64,000 nt of DNA from an uncultured Lentisphaeraceae bacterium (GCA_949282555.1 CASDPK010000011.1:2896-66895), one strand, 5' to 3'; positions 51,571-61,040 are shown, counted from the stretch's first letter. A program made the numbers and translations. The notes: generated by a model from the letters alone, not told the origin.

Positions 51571-53196
51571 TCACAGCAATTCATCAAGATGGATCTGTTG
51601 AAAAACCAAATGGGCTCCGCTGCCTTCGTAAACGATTCCAAGCGTGTGTTCATCGATGGAGGTGATGCACGAATAACCGGCGCCACCCCATTCATCAAGC
51701 ATGAGCCAATGCTTTTCCGGCCACGTCATCCCATCGTCAAAGCTCAGTTTTAGCGTGATTTTGTCGCGTGATTTGTGGGAGTTGGGATTGACGAACGCAA
51801 GCAACGTGGCGGTCTTCCCGTCCTTTGTCTTGTAAACGTGTCGGTGAATGGAGGCCATGCACGTGGGTTCCGTCAGGACACGATGGGATGTGGGATGCTC
51901 CCTCCACGTCTTGCCGAGATCCGAGGTCACACAGATTCTCCTACCGTTGGGAGATTCGACTCCACGATTCCTGTTGTCACGCATATTGAGCATGATGTCG
52001 CCATTTCCCAACTCCACCGCCATGCATTCCGTTGTGTTGGAGTAGGCAGGATTGCTCGCCACCCACGTTTTGCCGCCATCTTTGCTGTAAGTGATATTGG
52101 AAAAGGGAACGCCGTTTTCATCTCTTCCCTGTGTGGGGAAAACGAGCGTGCCATCTTTCAGCGTGATGCCATGACCGGGGGCGGGAGCATAGAGCCACCA
52201 CTCTTTTCGCTTTGTGGTGGGGGTGATATTTATCGGTTCACTCCATGTTTTGCCGTCGTCTGTGCTTTTCGTTATCAGAAATTGGGAGGTCTCTTTTACC
52301 CCAATCCCTGGCTGAGAACCTTTCGCGTGCCATTGGTGAATCCATCGCGTGCTGTTTTGGGTGAGGCCTTCCACCCATTTGCCGGTCTTTCCATCAAGAA
52401 TGCCGTGCATCCAAAGTCCGGCAACATAGAACGTTCCGGTCTTCTCATCGCACAAAATGCAGGCATCGCTCACGCCATTATACTTTTCGGGGAGATTTCC
52501 CCAATCCTTCATGTCCAGCACCCGTTGCATGGGCTGCCATGTTTTGCCGCCATCCTCGCTTCGGTTCAGGGCGATATCGATATCCCCTTGGAGATCACGG
52601 CCAGAGTCCCAGCGCGCATCGTATATCGCCAAAAGCGTGCCGCTTTTGGAGGTTGTAAGGCCGGGAATTCGGCTGGTATTGACACCGTCTTGCTTCCATT
52701 TGCGCAATGGGAGGCCGACTCTCAAGCCCTCGATGAACGTCTCGCCAAGGGTGACATTCCCTTGATCAAATGCGATCGTCGTGCAGTTTAGGTTCACCCG
52801 GCCTGTGAGGGGAATCTCCTTATCCACCTGTACCGTGAATGCCAGATGACAGGTATCGGCCGTTAGCGGGAAATTCATCCTGAAATGTCCGCTTTCGGAG
52901 GTCACCTCAGAAGTGGCGATGAGCTTGTCTTTCTTGGCGCGTCCACGCGAATCTGCCTCATAGATTGAGATGGATTCGATATGCTCCAAACAATCCGTGC
53001 CCTTGAATGAATATGAGACGCCTGTCACCCGGTCGCGGGTCTCCGCGTCTTTTGTGATGCACGCGACCCCCAAATGATTGAGCGCTTCCCCCGACAACAC
53101 CGGCAAAGTCGCGCGTGAAAATGTCACGTTAGGCGTGCCGGAGGCGAAACCCATCGCGGCCAAGAGCGCGCCGAAAACGACGATTGATTCCTTCAT
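51571..53196 (-). CDS. exo-alpha-sialidase (GH33)
   Basis: Signal peptide, RIP motif (SRIPGL) and five Asp-box repeats (SxDxGxTW: SEDGGKTW, STDDGKTW, SKDGGKTW, SDLGKTW, SFDDGMTW). Confidence 0.9.
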   Translation of the reverse strand: MKESIVVFGALLAAMGFASGTPNVTFSRATLPVLSGEALNHLGVACITKDAETRDRVTGVSYSFKGTDCLEHIESISIYEADSRGRAKKDKLIATSEVTSESGHFRMNFPLTADTCHLAFTVQVDKEIPLTGRVNLNCTTIAFDQGNVTLGETFIEGLRVGLPLRKWKQDGVNTSRIPGLTTSKSGTLLAIYDARWDSGRDLQGDIDIALNRSEDGGKTWQPMQRVLDMKDWGNLPEKYNGVSDACILCDEKTGTFYVAGLWMHGILDGKTGKWVEGLTQNSTRWIHQWHAKGSQPGIGVKETSQFLITKSTDDGKTWSEPINITPTTKRKEWWLYAPAPGHGITLKDGTLVFPTQGRDENGVPFSNITYSKDGGKTWVASNPAYSNTTECMAVELGNGDIMLNMRDNRNRGVESPNGRRICVTSDLGKTWREHPTSHRVLTEPTCMASIHRHVYKTKDGKTATLLAFVNPNSHKSRDKITLKLSFDDGMTWPEKHWLMLDEWGGAGYSCITSIDEHTLGIVYEGSGAHLVFQQIHLDELL

Positions 53197-53269
53197 GGGC
53201 TATCCTAAATTGAGATGCTCCGTATCTTGCCCTGGGATGCACTACATCTCAACTTGGGATACGGAGGGG

Positions 53270-54478
53270 TCAAAGTGTGACGGGGAGACCGCCGGAGAGA
53301 CGGGACTGCTCGGCGGCAAAGCAAATGAGGTGGCTTTGGAGCGCCTGCTCGGTGGTCTTGCGGATCTCTTCCGGGGAACCATCGCGGATGAGGCGAAGCG
53401 TTTCGGCAACAAGGTTGAAGTCGCCGCCATCATGGCGGGAGCCATTTGCGACACAGTAACGCGGAGGCGCATCCGTTTCGAGAGGAGCGCCATCGAAACG
53501 GCAGACCGTGAGGTGGGTGCCGTCGCAACGCAACTCTCCGCGCGTGCAGGCAATGCGGGTGGTGCGGATGTTTTCGGCCGTGAAGCCGGTCATCATATGC
53601 GTGACCAATGCACCGCCTTCGAACGACATCATGACGGCTTGATGATCGGGCACGTCGTTGTCGCAGGCGTAGACACAACGCCCATAGGGGGAGGTGCGGA
53701 CCAATTCCATCATCGCTTCCCGGGAAGGGTCGGCGAACAGATAGCGGAGCTCGTCGTGCTCAACGTATTGGGTGATGGCATTCCAAACGCACTTCTCGGC
53801 AATGTGCTTGGGGCAATCAATGCACCGCTCCGCGGCGCCCGGGGGCATCTTCTCCCTCCGGAAATGCGCGATGGAGCCGAAGCTGGAGACCTTTTGGCAA
53901 GGCTTGTCCAGCCACCACGCGAAAAGGTCAAAATCGTGCGAGCATTTGGCAAGGATGATGGGGGAGGATTTCTCGGCACACGCCCAGCTCCCACGGCAAT
54001 AGGAGTGTGCGGCTTTCCAATAGCCCATCGATTCTTGGTGGGAAATGGAGACCACCTCGCCCAGCTCGCCGGAATCGAGGATGGCCTTGATGTGCGCGTA
54101 GACGCGGGTGTGGCGGAGAATGTGCCCCACCATGACCAGGCGTTGGCGTGTGACGGCCTCGGCAATGACTTCCCGGCATTCGTCGGCCGTTGGGGAAATC
54201 GGCTTCTCAAGAATGAGATGGTAGCCCGCCCTCAGTGCCATGAGGGCGGGTTCGTGATGGAGCGCATCCGGCAGGGTCACGATGGCGAGATCGGCCTCGG
54301 GGCGTGCCTCAAGGCAATCCCGCCAATCCGTCCACGTCTGGGGCGCAGGAATCGTATCGGCCTGGATCGGATCGGCAACGCCGACGATTTCAAGCTCTTC
54401 AGGATGGGCCTGTGCGTAGTCCGCATAGGCTCGACCACGATAACCTGCGCCCAAAACGATGGCTTTATACGGGGACAT
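53270..54478 (-). CDS. Gfo/Idh/MocA-family NAD(P)-dependent oxidoreductase
   Basis: Rossmann fold N-terminus KAIVLGAGYRGRAYA, GFMYRFHP-like mid region (GHILRH) and characteristic length. Confidence 0.75.
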   Translation of the reverse strand: MSPYKAIVLGAGYRGRAYADYAQAHPEELEIVGVADPIQADTIPAPQTWTDWRDCLEARPEADLAIVTLPDALHHEPALMALRAGYHLILEKPISPTADECREVIAEAVTRQRLVMVGHILRHTRVYAHIKAILDSGELGEVVSISHQESMGYWKAAHSYCRGSWACAEKSSPIILAKCSHDFDLFAWWLDKPCQKVSSFGSIAHFRREKMPPGAAERCIDCPKHIAEKCVWNAITQYVEHDELRYLFADPSREAMMELVRTSPYGRCVYACDNDVPDHQAVMMSFEGGALVTHMMTGFTAENIRTTRIACTRGELRCDGTHLTVCRFDGAPLETDAPPRYCVANGSRHDGGDFNLVAETLRLIRDGSPEEIRKTTEQALQSHLICFAAEQSRLSGGLPVTL

Positions 54479-54510
54479 ACCGGATGGCTCTTATTGGCGG
54501 TTCGGGGGAA

Positions 54511-55077
54511 TCAGTCCCACAACGCGGTGAAGAAGGAGAAGATGCCGTCATCGTCATCATCCACTTCACGGGCGACCATGGCGGCCATCTGCTGAACGGC
54601 CTTGTCGTTGGACTTCTTGCCGATGGCTGCGATTTCATCCGCCTGATCCTCTTCCGCGCACCAGCGGAGCTGGTCAAGGAAGAAGGTGGTGCGGTAACCA
54701 TCGGTGGAGGAAGCCGCCGCGCGGAGAAGCGCCTCGCTCCAGAGCTCGCGGGCGTCCTCGGCCTTGTCGCAATCCGGGGTCATGACCAGCTGGGTCACGG
54801 CCGCGATTTGGGTAAGAACCGTCGGATCAGAGGCGTAGGCTTTCTTCACTTTGGCAAGGAGCGCATCGGCGGCCTCGGGGCTTGCCACGAAGGTCGCGAG
54901 AACCTTCGGCTGGAGCGCCTTGTTGAGTGCCTCGGCGTTGCGATTCTGCCATTCCACCGCCGTCGGTGCCGAGTTGACGGGGGCATCGGGACGGATGTCG
55001 AAGTTGAAGTTGTCCTTTGGCGCGGCCATGCCCGTGAGGGCGACGACCACCGAAAGAAGCAAGAGGGCTTTTTTCAT
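54511..55077 (-). CDS. hypothetical secreted/lipoprotein
   Basis: Signal peptide MKKALLLLSVVVALTGMA. Helical Ala-rich, with an acidic C-terminus. Confidence 0.4.
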   Translation of the reverse strand: MKKALLLLSVVVALTGMAAPKDNFNFDIRPDAPVNSAPTAVEWQNRNAEALNKALQPKVLATFVASPEAADALLAKVKKAYASDPTVLTQIAAVTQLVMTPDCDKAEDARELWSEALLRAAASSTDGYRTTFFLDQLRWCAEEDQADEIAAIGKKSNDKAVQQMAAMVAREVDDDDDGIFSFFTALWD

Positions 55078-55098
55078 GAGAGTATCTCCTAGAAAGGG

Positions 55099-56466
55099 TT
55101 ATGCCTTGTAGAACTCATTGTCCCACGGTTCACGCAGCGACTGATAGAGGAAGCGCTCGGCGGCTTCATCGTCCTTCGCGTGGAGCGTGACGGGGTCGAA
55201 CTCAAAGCTACGCCCGAGACGTTCGGCAACGATGGCAAGGTTGAACATCGTGCTGGAGCGGAATCCGGTCTCTTCGTTGAGGCAGAAGCGCTTGCGGGTG
55301 CGGACGGAGTCCATGAAGTCCGTCTGCTGGGCGGCAGGCTCCGGCAAGTCCTTCAGGATCTTGGCCACGTTCATCGCCTTGCCGTTGGCGTCGACCATCT
55401 GGAAGGTCTTGCCCTTGGCATCGGCATTTTCCGTCCACTCGGGGATGGGCCCCTTCTTATAGTTGACGGGATAGACGGAGGCCTTGTCGCCGCGCAGGAA
55501 GGGTTCGTCGCGCAGGGTCCCGTCACCATCGAGGATGACTTCGGTGCCATCGGCGTAGGTGAGGGTGATGCGGTCGAACCGACCCACCACTTCGGGGTGC
55601 TGCTTGGGGCCGACGTAGTCGATCTTGACCGGGCTGGTATCGTCCTTGCACAGGAGATACTGAACCGGATCGAGATAGTGCTGCGCCATGTCGCCGAGCC
55701 CGCCGGAATCGTAATCCCAGTAACCGCGGAAGGTGCCGTGTGCGCGATCCTTGTTGTACGGCTTCCACGGTGCGGGGCCGAGCCACATGTCCCAATCGAA
55801 CGTCTTGGGGCACTCCTGCTGGGCAAGATTCACGCGCCCAGACCAGAAGAACTTCCAGCTGAAGCCCTGGCCGGGGCCGACCACGCAGCGGATAGGCTTC
55901 CCGGGGGTGCTCACGAGGTTGTTTTCCACCACCTGTCGGATGGGCTTGACGGGGGTTCCGAAGCCATAGAACGAATCCTGGAAGCGGAACCAAGTGTTCA
56001 AACGGAACATACGCCCCTTGGCCTTGACGTATTCCATCACGCGCTTGCCTTCGCCGACGGTGCGAGTCATCGGCTTTTCGCACCAGATGTCCTTCCCCGC
56101 ACGGGCGGCCATCACGCTCTGAACGGCGTGCCAGTGGGGCGGCGTGCAGATGTGGACGATGTCCACGTCGGGATCTTCCAGCAACTTCATGAAGTTTTCA
56201 TAGGCCTTGACCTTACCCCAGCCAGCCTGCTCGCAACGGCGCAGGCCATTCTGCACATGGGTCTCGTCAGGGTCGCACAAACCGATGAGGCGGGAGCCCT
56301 TGAAGTTGAGGTGGTTGTAGCTGCCGGCAATCCCACCGAAGCCGATCAAGGCACGGGTGAGCTGGTTGGAGGGTGCCGTTGCGCCACGGAGAACGTGGGC
56401 GGGCACGATGTTGAAGAGGCCCACAGCCGTGGCCGCCTTCAGGAAGTTTCTACGGGATGTGTTCAT
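55099..56466 (-). CDS. Tat-secreted Gfo/Idh/MocA oxidoreductase (GH109-like / glycoside 3-dehydrogenase-like)
   Basis: Twin-arginine signal SRRNFLKAATAVG and a Gfo/Idh/MocA fold (ALIGFGGIAG..., C-terminal alpha/beta domain). This architecture is shared by GH109 alpha-N-acetylgalactosaminidases and periplasmic glycoside 3-dehydrogenases. Confidence 0.65.
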   Translation of the reverse strand: MNTSRRNFLKAATAVGLFNIVPAHVLRGATAPSNQLTRALIGFGGIAGSYNHLNFKGSRLIGLCDPDETHVQNGLRRCEQAGWGKVKAYENFMKLLEDPDVDIVHICTPPHWHAVQSVMAARAGKDIWCEKPMTRTVGEGKRVMEYVKAKGRMFRLNTWFRFQDSFYGFGTPVKPIRQVVENNLVSTPGKPIRCVVGPGQGFSWKFFWSGRVNLAQQECPKTFDWDMWLGPAPWKPYNKDRAHGTFRGYWDYDSGGLGDMAQHYLDPVQYLLCKDDTSPVKIDYVGPKQHPEVVGRFDRITLTYADGTEVILDGDGTLRDEPFLRGDKASVYPVNYKKGPIPEWTENADAKGKTFQMVDANGKAMNVAKILKDLPEPAAQQTDFMDSVRTRKRFCLNEETGFRSSTMFNLAIVAERLGRSFEFDPVTLHAKDDEAAERFLYQSLREPWDNEFYKA

Positions 56467-56501
56467 GATGTTACCTTTACGATAGACGAGGGTAAACAAA
56501 A

Positions 56502-57428
56502 TCAATGGGTCAAACGTTCGACGGCCAACGCAATGTCGGCAGCGCGCTGGTTGCCACCTTCGCGCTCAATCAGGAAATTCCCGGTGTATCCAAGCGCGAG
56601 GACTTTGCGGATGAAGTCCGCTCCGCCCACCTCACCCTCACCCCAGGGCACTTCGATGCCCCACGTGCCGGGTTGCTTGGTCTTGCAGGCATCCTTCACG
56701 TGGATCTGGCGAATCCAAGGCATGAGAACACGGATGGCCTCACGCGGGTCGCCCTTTCCATAAAGGATCATGTTGGCGGGATCGAAGTTAATGCCGATTC
56801 CGGGGACTTCCTTCATGAAACGAGCCAAATCCTCAGCCGTTTCCTGCCCGGATTCGAGAATCAGCTCGACGTTGTACTTGGCGCAAGTGTCACGCATCCA
56901 TTTCACGCGCTCCACGAACGTGGCATAGGCCTTGGGGTCTGCTTCGTCCAAGAAGCCCGCATGGCAGGAGAGGTACTTCGCCCCCAATGTCTGCGTGAGC
57001 TTTGCCGCCTGCTCCACCAATTGCTGATTGCGGGGCCATGCGGCATCGGGCACAATGCCGCCCGTGCGGCGGATGGTTTCCAACGTGGAGTAATCTTCCT
57101 GCGGGAAACTGATCATGGTGGACATCAGCTTCCAGTTCCCGGAGGCGATGCGCTGCTTGACGAAAGCCAAGGCTTCGGCCCCCTCCGCCGCGCCGTGGCG
57201 CTTGTCCGGGGCGATGAACGGGGCAAGCGCCAAGTGGATGCCTTCCACCCCTGCGGCCTGCATTTCGTCACTTACCATCTCCAACGGTTGCTGGTAACTC
57301 CAGCTACAGACCCCCACACGCTCGGGCGGGAGGGGGAATTCGGCCGTGGTTTTGGGGGTGGTGCACCCGCAGACCATTGCCGCAAGCAATCCTGCGGCAA
57401 GGCCTTTCAGAAAGGTGTTACGCGTCAT
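56502..57428 (-). CDS. sugar phosphate isomerase/epimerase (xylose isomerase-like TIM barrel) lipoprotein
   Basis: Lipobox VCGCTT. AP-endonuclease-2/xylose-isomerase-like TIM barrel motifs (LILESG, GINFDPANM, HVKD). Confidence 0.7.
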   Translation of the reverse strand: MTRNTFLKGLAAGLLAAMVCGCTTPKTTAEFPLPPERVGVCSWSYQQPLEMVSDEMQAAGVEGIHLALAPFIAPDKRHGAAEGAEALAFVKQRIASGNWKLMSTMISFPQEDYSTLETIRRTGGIVPDAAWPRNQQLVEQAAKLTQTLGAKYLSCHAGFLDEADPKAYATFVERVKWMRDTCAKYNVELILESGQETAEDLARFMKEVPGIGINFDPANMILYGKGDPREAIRVLMPWIRQIHVKDACKTKQPGTWGIEVPWGEGEVGGADFIRKVLALGYTGNFLIEREGGNQRAADIALAVERLTH

Positions 57429-57451
57429 AATGAGGGCGCTCCTTGGGTGGC

Positions 57452-58927
57452 TCAGAGTTCACGGATGAAGATGTTCCGCCACTCGATCGGGTCGCCATGG
57501 CACTGCAATTCCAGCTGTTCCTTGGCGAAGATGGGCGACTTGCGATCCCAGTAGTTCTCGAGGGTCACATTGTCCACCACGGTCTTACCGTTGAGGCGAA
57601 CGGTCACTTTGTCCCCAACCATCTTCACGTAGAAGCGGTTCCAATCACCCACGGGGCGATCCGCGATTTCGGTCGCGCGGGAGGGGTTCTTCTGGTTGTT
57701 GTAGAGGCCGCCGGAACCGATGTGCCACTGGTTGTGGGCATCCCAGATCTGCACCTGGGGGGTGCCGCGAAGGTAGAGCCCGGAGTCGCCGCGCTCCGTG
57801 AGGATGCGCCAATCGGCCCACAGCTCGAAATCGCCGTAATCCTTCTTCGTGGCGAGGGAGTAACCACCCTTGAACCCGTCAAAGAAGAGGTTCCCGTTGC
57901 GGACGAACCAGTGGCGAAGCATTTGGGCATCAGCCTTCTTCTGCATTTCGGCACGGGCTTCGGCGGTGGCCTTCTGACGAACGATCGGATTGTCAAATCC
58001 TTTTTCGGTGGTCACACCCTTCCAGTTCTTGGTCAGCTCCTCGGCCGTTCCGGCGAAGAGCGTCGTGAAGCCGGCGGGGGCGGCCATGGTCTGCTTGGGG
58101 CAAATGTCGCTCATCTTCGCATCGTCAGGGAGTTCCTTGATGCGAATGTTGCGCCACTTCACATTGTGGCCATGGCCCAGCCAACCGATCTTGCCGCGCT
58201 TGTTGTGCAGGCCGGGGTGCTGGCGCTTGTCTGGGGTGTCTCCGTTGCCCTTGAACTTGGAAACGTCGCCCTTCGTCACAAGATGGCCGTTGATGTAGAC
58301 CTCAATCTCGCTGCCGATGACGCGCACTTCCTCGAAGTTCCACTGGCCGACCTTGCGCAAGTAGCTACCGCCTTCGGCGCAGTCCTTCGCCTTGTTGCCG
58401 ACCATTTTGTTCACGTTGTCGCGGCGGCTGGGGAAGATGCCGTACATCGAGCCACAGTACTGATAGGGCGCCAACTTATCCTTCTTGGCCTTTGCGTCGT
58501 AGTACCACGAACCGCCGTCGTCGAGCAACTGGAGTTCGCACATGGCATGATACGCAGAGTCCGCCTTGGGATTCGTGATGCGGATGCCAAGGCCGTTGTT
58601 CCCATTGGGCGGCATGTTGAACTCGAAGCGAAGGATGAAGTTCCCGTATTCCTTGGCCGTCACCAAATCTCCGCGCTGTCCACGCGCCTGGCGCTCAGGG
58701 AAGCACTGCAACACACCGGGCTCCTTCTCGGAGACGCCGTACATTCCGGCGCCACCTTCCCATCCGGTGAGATCTTTACCGTTAAACAGCGAAACAAAGC
58801 CCTCCTCGACGGTATCAGGATAGCCGGCGCTAGGCGTCTGGCCACAGAATCCCGTCAGCGCCGTCGCGCCGATTGCCGTCACAAAGGCGGCTCTGATGAA
58901 ACGCATGGACATGGTCGTTCCTTTCAA
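57452..58927 (-). CDS. tandem DUF1080 (3-keto-disaccharide hydrolase-like) protein
   Basis: Two ~200-aa jelly-roll repeats, each with the DUF1080 W..G...W pattern (FVSLFNGKDLTGWEG...NGLGIR..., LFAGTAEELTKNWKG...SGLYLRG...W.NIFIREL). Lipoprotein signal. Confidence 0.7.
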   Translation of the reverse strand: MKGTTMSMRFIRAAFVTAIGATALTGFCGQTPSAGYPDTVEEGFVSLFNGKDLTGWEGGAGMYGVSEKEPGVLQCFPERQARGQRGDLVTAKEYGNFILRFEFNMPPNGNNGLGIRITNPKADSAYHAMCELQLLDDGGSWYYDAKAKKDKLAPYQYCGSMYGIFPSRRDNVNKMVGNKAKDCAEGGSYLRKVGQWNFEEVRVIGSEIEVYINGHLVTKGDVSKFKGNGDTPDKRQHPGLHNKRGKIGWLGHGHNVKWRNIRIKELPDDAKMSDICPKQTMAAPAGFTTLFAGTAEELTKNWKGVTTEKGFDNPIVRQKATAEARAEMQKKADAQMLRHWFVRNGNLFFDGFKGGYSLATKKDYGDFELWADWRILTERGDSGLYLRGTPQVQIWDAHNQWHIGSGGLYNNQKNPSRATEIADRPVGDWNRFYVKMVGDKVTVRLNGKTVVDNVTLENYWDRKSPIFAKEQLELQCHGDPIEWRNIFIREL

Positions 58928-59014
58928 TATGCAATATCACAGCAGAGATACCAGCGAAGCATCCCATTGAAGCCATCATAGCACGGAGCAAAGGCGCATG
59001 CTTTGGTTTTATGG

Positions 59015-59060
59015 GAAAAAAAGAAGGTGCGTTGCGTTGTATGCAAGGCGCACCTTTTGC
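59015..59060 (-). terminator. rho-independent (bidirectional) terminator
   Basis: aaggtgcg...cgcacctt hairpin, flanked by an A-run and a T-run. Confidence 0.55.
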
Positions 59061-59092
59061 GTTGTCCTGAGCGAAGCCCGTGAATTATGGTA

Positions 59093-60769
59093 CTAGGGGG
59101 CCAATGCGTGGGCGAGGGCAGGGAGCGCGGCCTCTTGGGCGAGAGTCGCGGCACGCGTCCGCGCCACGGGGACAAACTTCAGGAATCGCGTTTGGCCCAC
59201 GGAGGCAAGGCGGTGATAGGCCCCGATGGCTTGGAGGAGACGTTGGATGCCCGCATAGGGAAGCTTTTCGCGGAGTTCCGCTTCTTGACGCCCAGAGGCT
59301 TTGGCATAGGCGGCAATCGCATCGTCAATGGCCTCGGGCGTCCAGTCCACGTAAGGGTCATAGAGGAAACTGGCAAGGTCGTAGAGCGCGGGGCCTCGCC
59401 GCATTCCCTGAAAGTCAATGAAGGCGGGGCGATTGTCCTTCCAAAGAATGTTGGTGCTTTGGAAATCGCGATGGACGAGGACTTGGGGCTCCGCGAGCAA
59501 CGCCGGCTTCACCCGTTGTTCCCACTCGGCCTTGGCGTCTGCCGGAAGCGGCGCCGCGAAACGTTCATAGAGGGCGACTTCCCAATCATAAAGTGCCGCA
59601 TCGAAGGGAGGCTCAAGCGGGAGATCGCCCACATCGGCACGATGGAAGGCGGCGAGCAATTCCATGACTTGGTGTAACTGCGGGAAATGCGCGTGCGCAT
59701 GCGGCTCACCGCAGGAGCAAGGCTCCGCGTGCCCCTCAAGCCGCGCGGGCGTGAATGTCACATCGCCGAGATCTTCCATGATAAGGAGGCCGGGTTGATC
59801 GGCAATGATTTTCGGGACACGGATTCCGGCCGCCGTGAGCGCACGGGCACAGGCGGCATAACGCGCGTTCTCCTCACGTCCCTCCGTCTGATAAGCAATG
59901 GCGATCACCGAGCGTCGGGGGCCGACCAACCGCCAAAACGTCCGCTGGCTCCCTCGCGCACCGAGCGGCACGAGAATGGTGTCCTCGGCCTTCCAATCGA
60001 GCAACATGAGTGCGCGGGCGACTTCCGGGGCGGGAATGGCTGCGGCATCGGCCGCATAGCGGGCGAGGTTGGGCAACCGCTTGGCGTCGCGGTGAATCCG
60101 CAGATAAGCCTCCGGCGTTCCGGCGTCGTTCCAGTAGGCCCCCTTGATGGTGACCCCGCGCACAAAACGCCCCGCATACATCGCCGCCTCAAAGGCTTCC
60201 ACAACGGAACACTTGGCCTTGCCTTCCGGCAAAAAGGTCAGCACCTCCGGTGAAAGCAGACTGATGCCCGTGAAGGTGGCGGTGTGCTCCACGCCTGGGG
60301 TGGGGGAGGCCCAGCAGGTGACGCGGCCCATGTAATCCGTCTCCACCGTTCGGGGGCCTTGTTTGGGCTCCAGCCACGCCGCCGCGAAATGGTCGGAGGC
60401 TTCAAAGGCTTGGACGATCGGCGCGGGGTCAAGGTCAAAGGCGATGTCGCCATTCACCAGCCAAAAGGGGCGCCCCTTCAAATGCGGCGCCAACGCGCGA
60501 AGGCATCCGCCCGTGCCCAAAATCTCAGGCTCGTGCAATTCGTGCAACGCCAGCGGGCCTTCATACGCCGCCACAAAGGCCCGGAGCCGTTCAGGCAACC
60601 AGTGCGTGTTCAGATACACTTCCTTCACGCCCCATTGCTCCAAGGCCTCCAGCGTCTGTGTGAGGAGTGGGCGGTTCCAAATGGGCATGAGGGGCTTCGG
60701 CGTGGAGAGCGTCATGGGGCGGAGGCGTTCCCCCAACCCTGCGCAAAGGACAAAGGCGAGATCGGTCAT
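59093..60769 (-). CDS. fused MurU-like nucleotidyltransferase / AmgK-like anomeric sugar kinase (peptidoglycan recycling bypass)
   Basis: N-terminus LCAGLGERLRPMTLSTPKPL is an NTP-transferase G-loop. The C-terminal half is an APH-fold kinase with HRDFQSTNILW...IDFQ. Start placed at MTDLAF; the upstream 131 aa of the ORF are rejected. Confidence 0.65.
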   Translation of the reverse strand: MTDLAFVLCAGLGERLRPMTLSTPKPLMPIWNRPLLTQTLEALEQWGVKEVYLNTHWLPERLRAFVAAYEGPLALHELHEPEILGTGGCLRALAPHLKGRPFWLVNGDIAFDLDPAPIVQAFEASDHFAAAWLEPKQGPRTVETDYMGRVTCWASPTPGVEHTATFTGISLLSPEVLTFLPEGKAKCSVVEAFEAAMYAGRFVRGVTIKGAYWNDAGTPEAYLRIHRDAKRLPNLARYAADAAAIPAPEVARALMLLDWKAEDTILVPLGARGSQRTFWRLVGPRRSVIAIAYQTEGREENARYAACARALTAAGIRVPKIIADQPGLLIMEDLGDVTFTPARLEGHAEPCSCGEPHAHAHFPQLHQVMELLAAFHRADVGDLPLEPPFDAALYDWEVALYERFAAPLPADAKAEWEQRVKPALLAEPQVLVHRDFQSTNILWKDNRPAFIDFQGMRRGPALYDLASFLYDPYVDWTPEAIDDAIAAYAKASGRQEAELREKLPYAGIQRLLQAIGAYHRLASVGQTRFLKFVPVARTRAATLAQEAALPALAHALAP

Positions 60770-61040
60770 GGCAACTTCCGGGCAAAATCCATCGAAATGC
60801 GGACAAAGCGGGCGGGGCTTCCATGATGAAACGCCACCCATCGCCGAACAGTATAACATAGGCAAGGCGCGTGCCCGAGACCCCGAACGCCTTGGGGGCG
60901 TTTGCGGAGACGTGGAGGGTGGGCCATCGGGGAGGTGAAAACGAGAGGCTCCGTATCTTGAAGGGGGATGCACTGTATCCCGGGTGGAGATGTAGTGCAT
61001 CCTGATTCGAGGTGTAGTGCGCTGTGCTATACTTTCCCTC

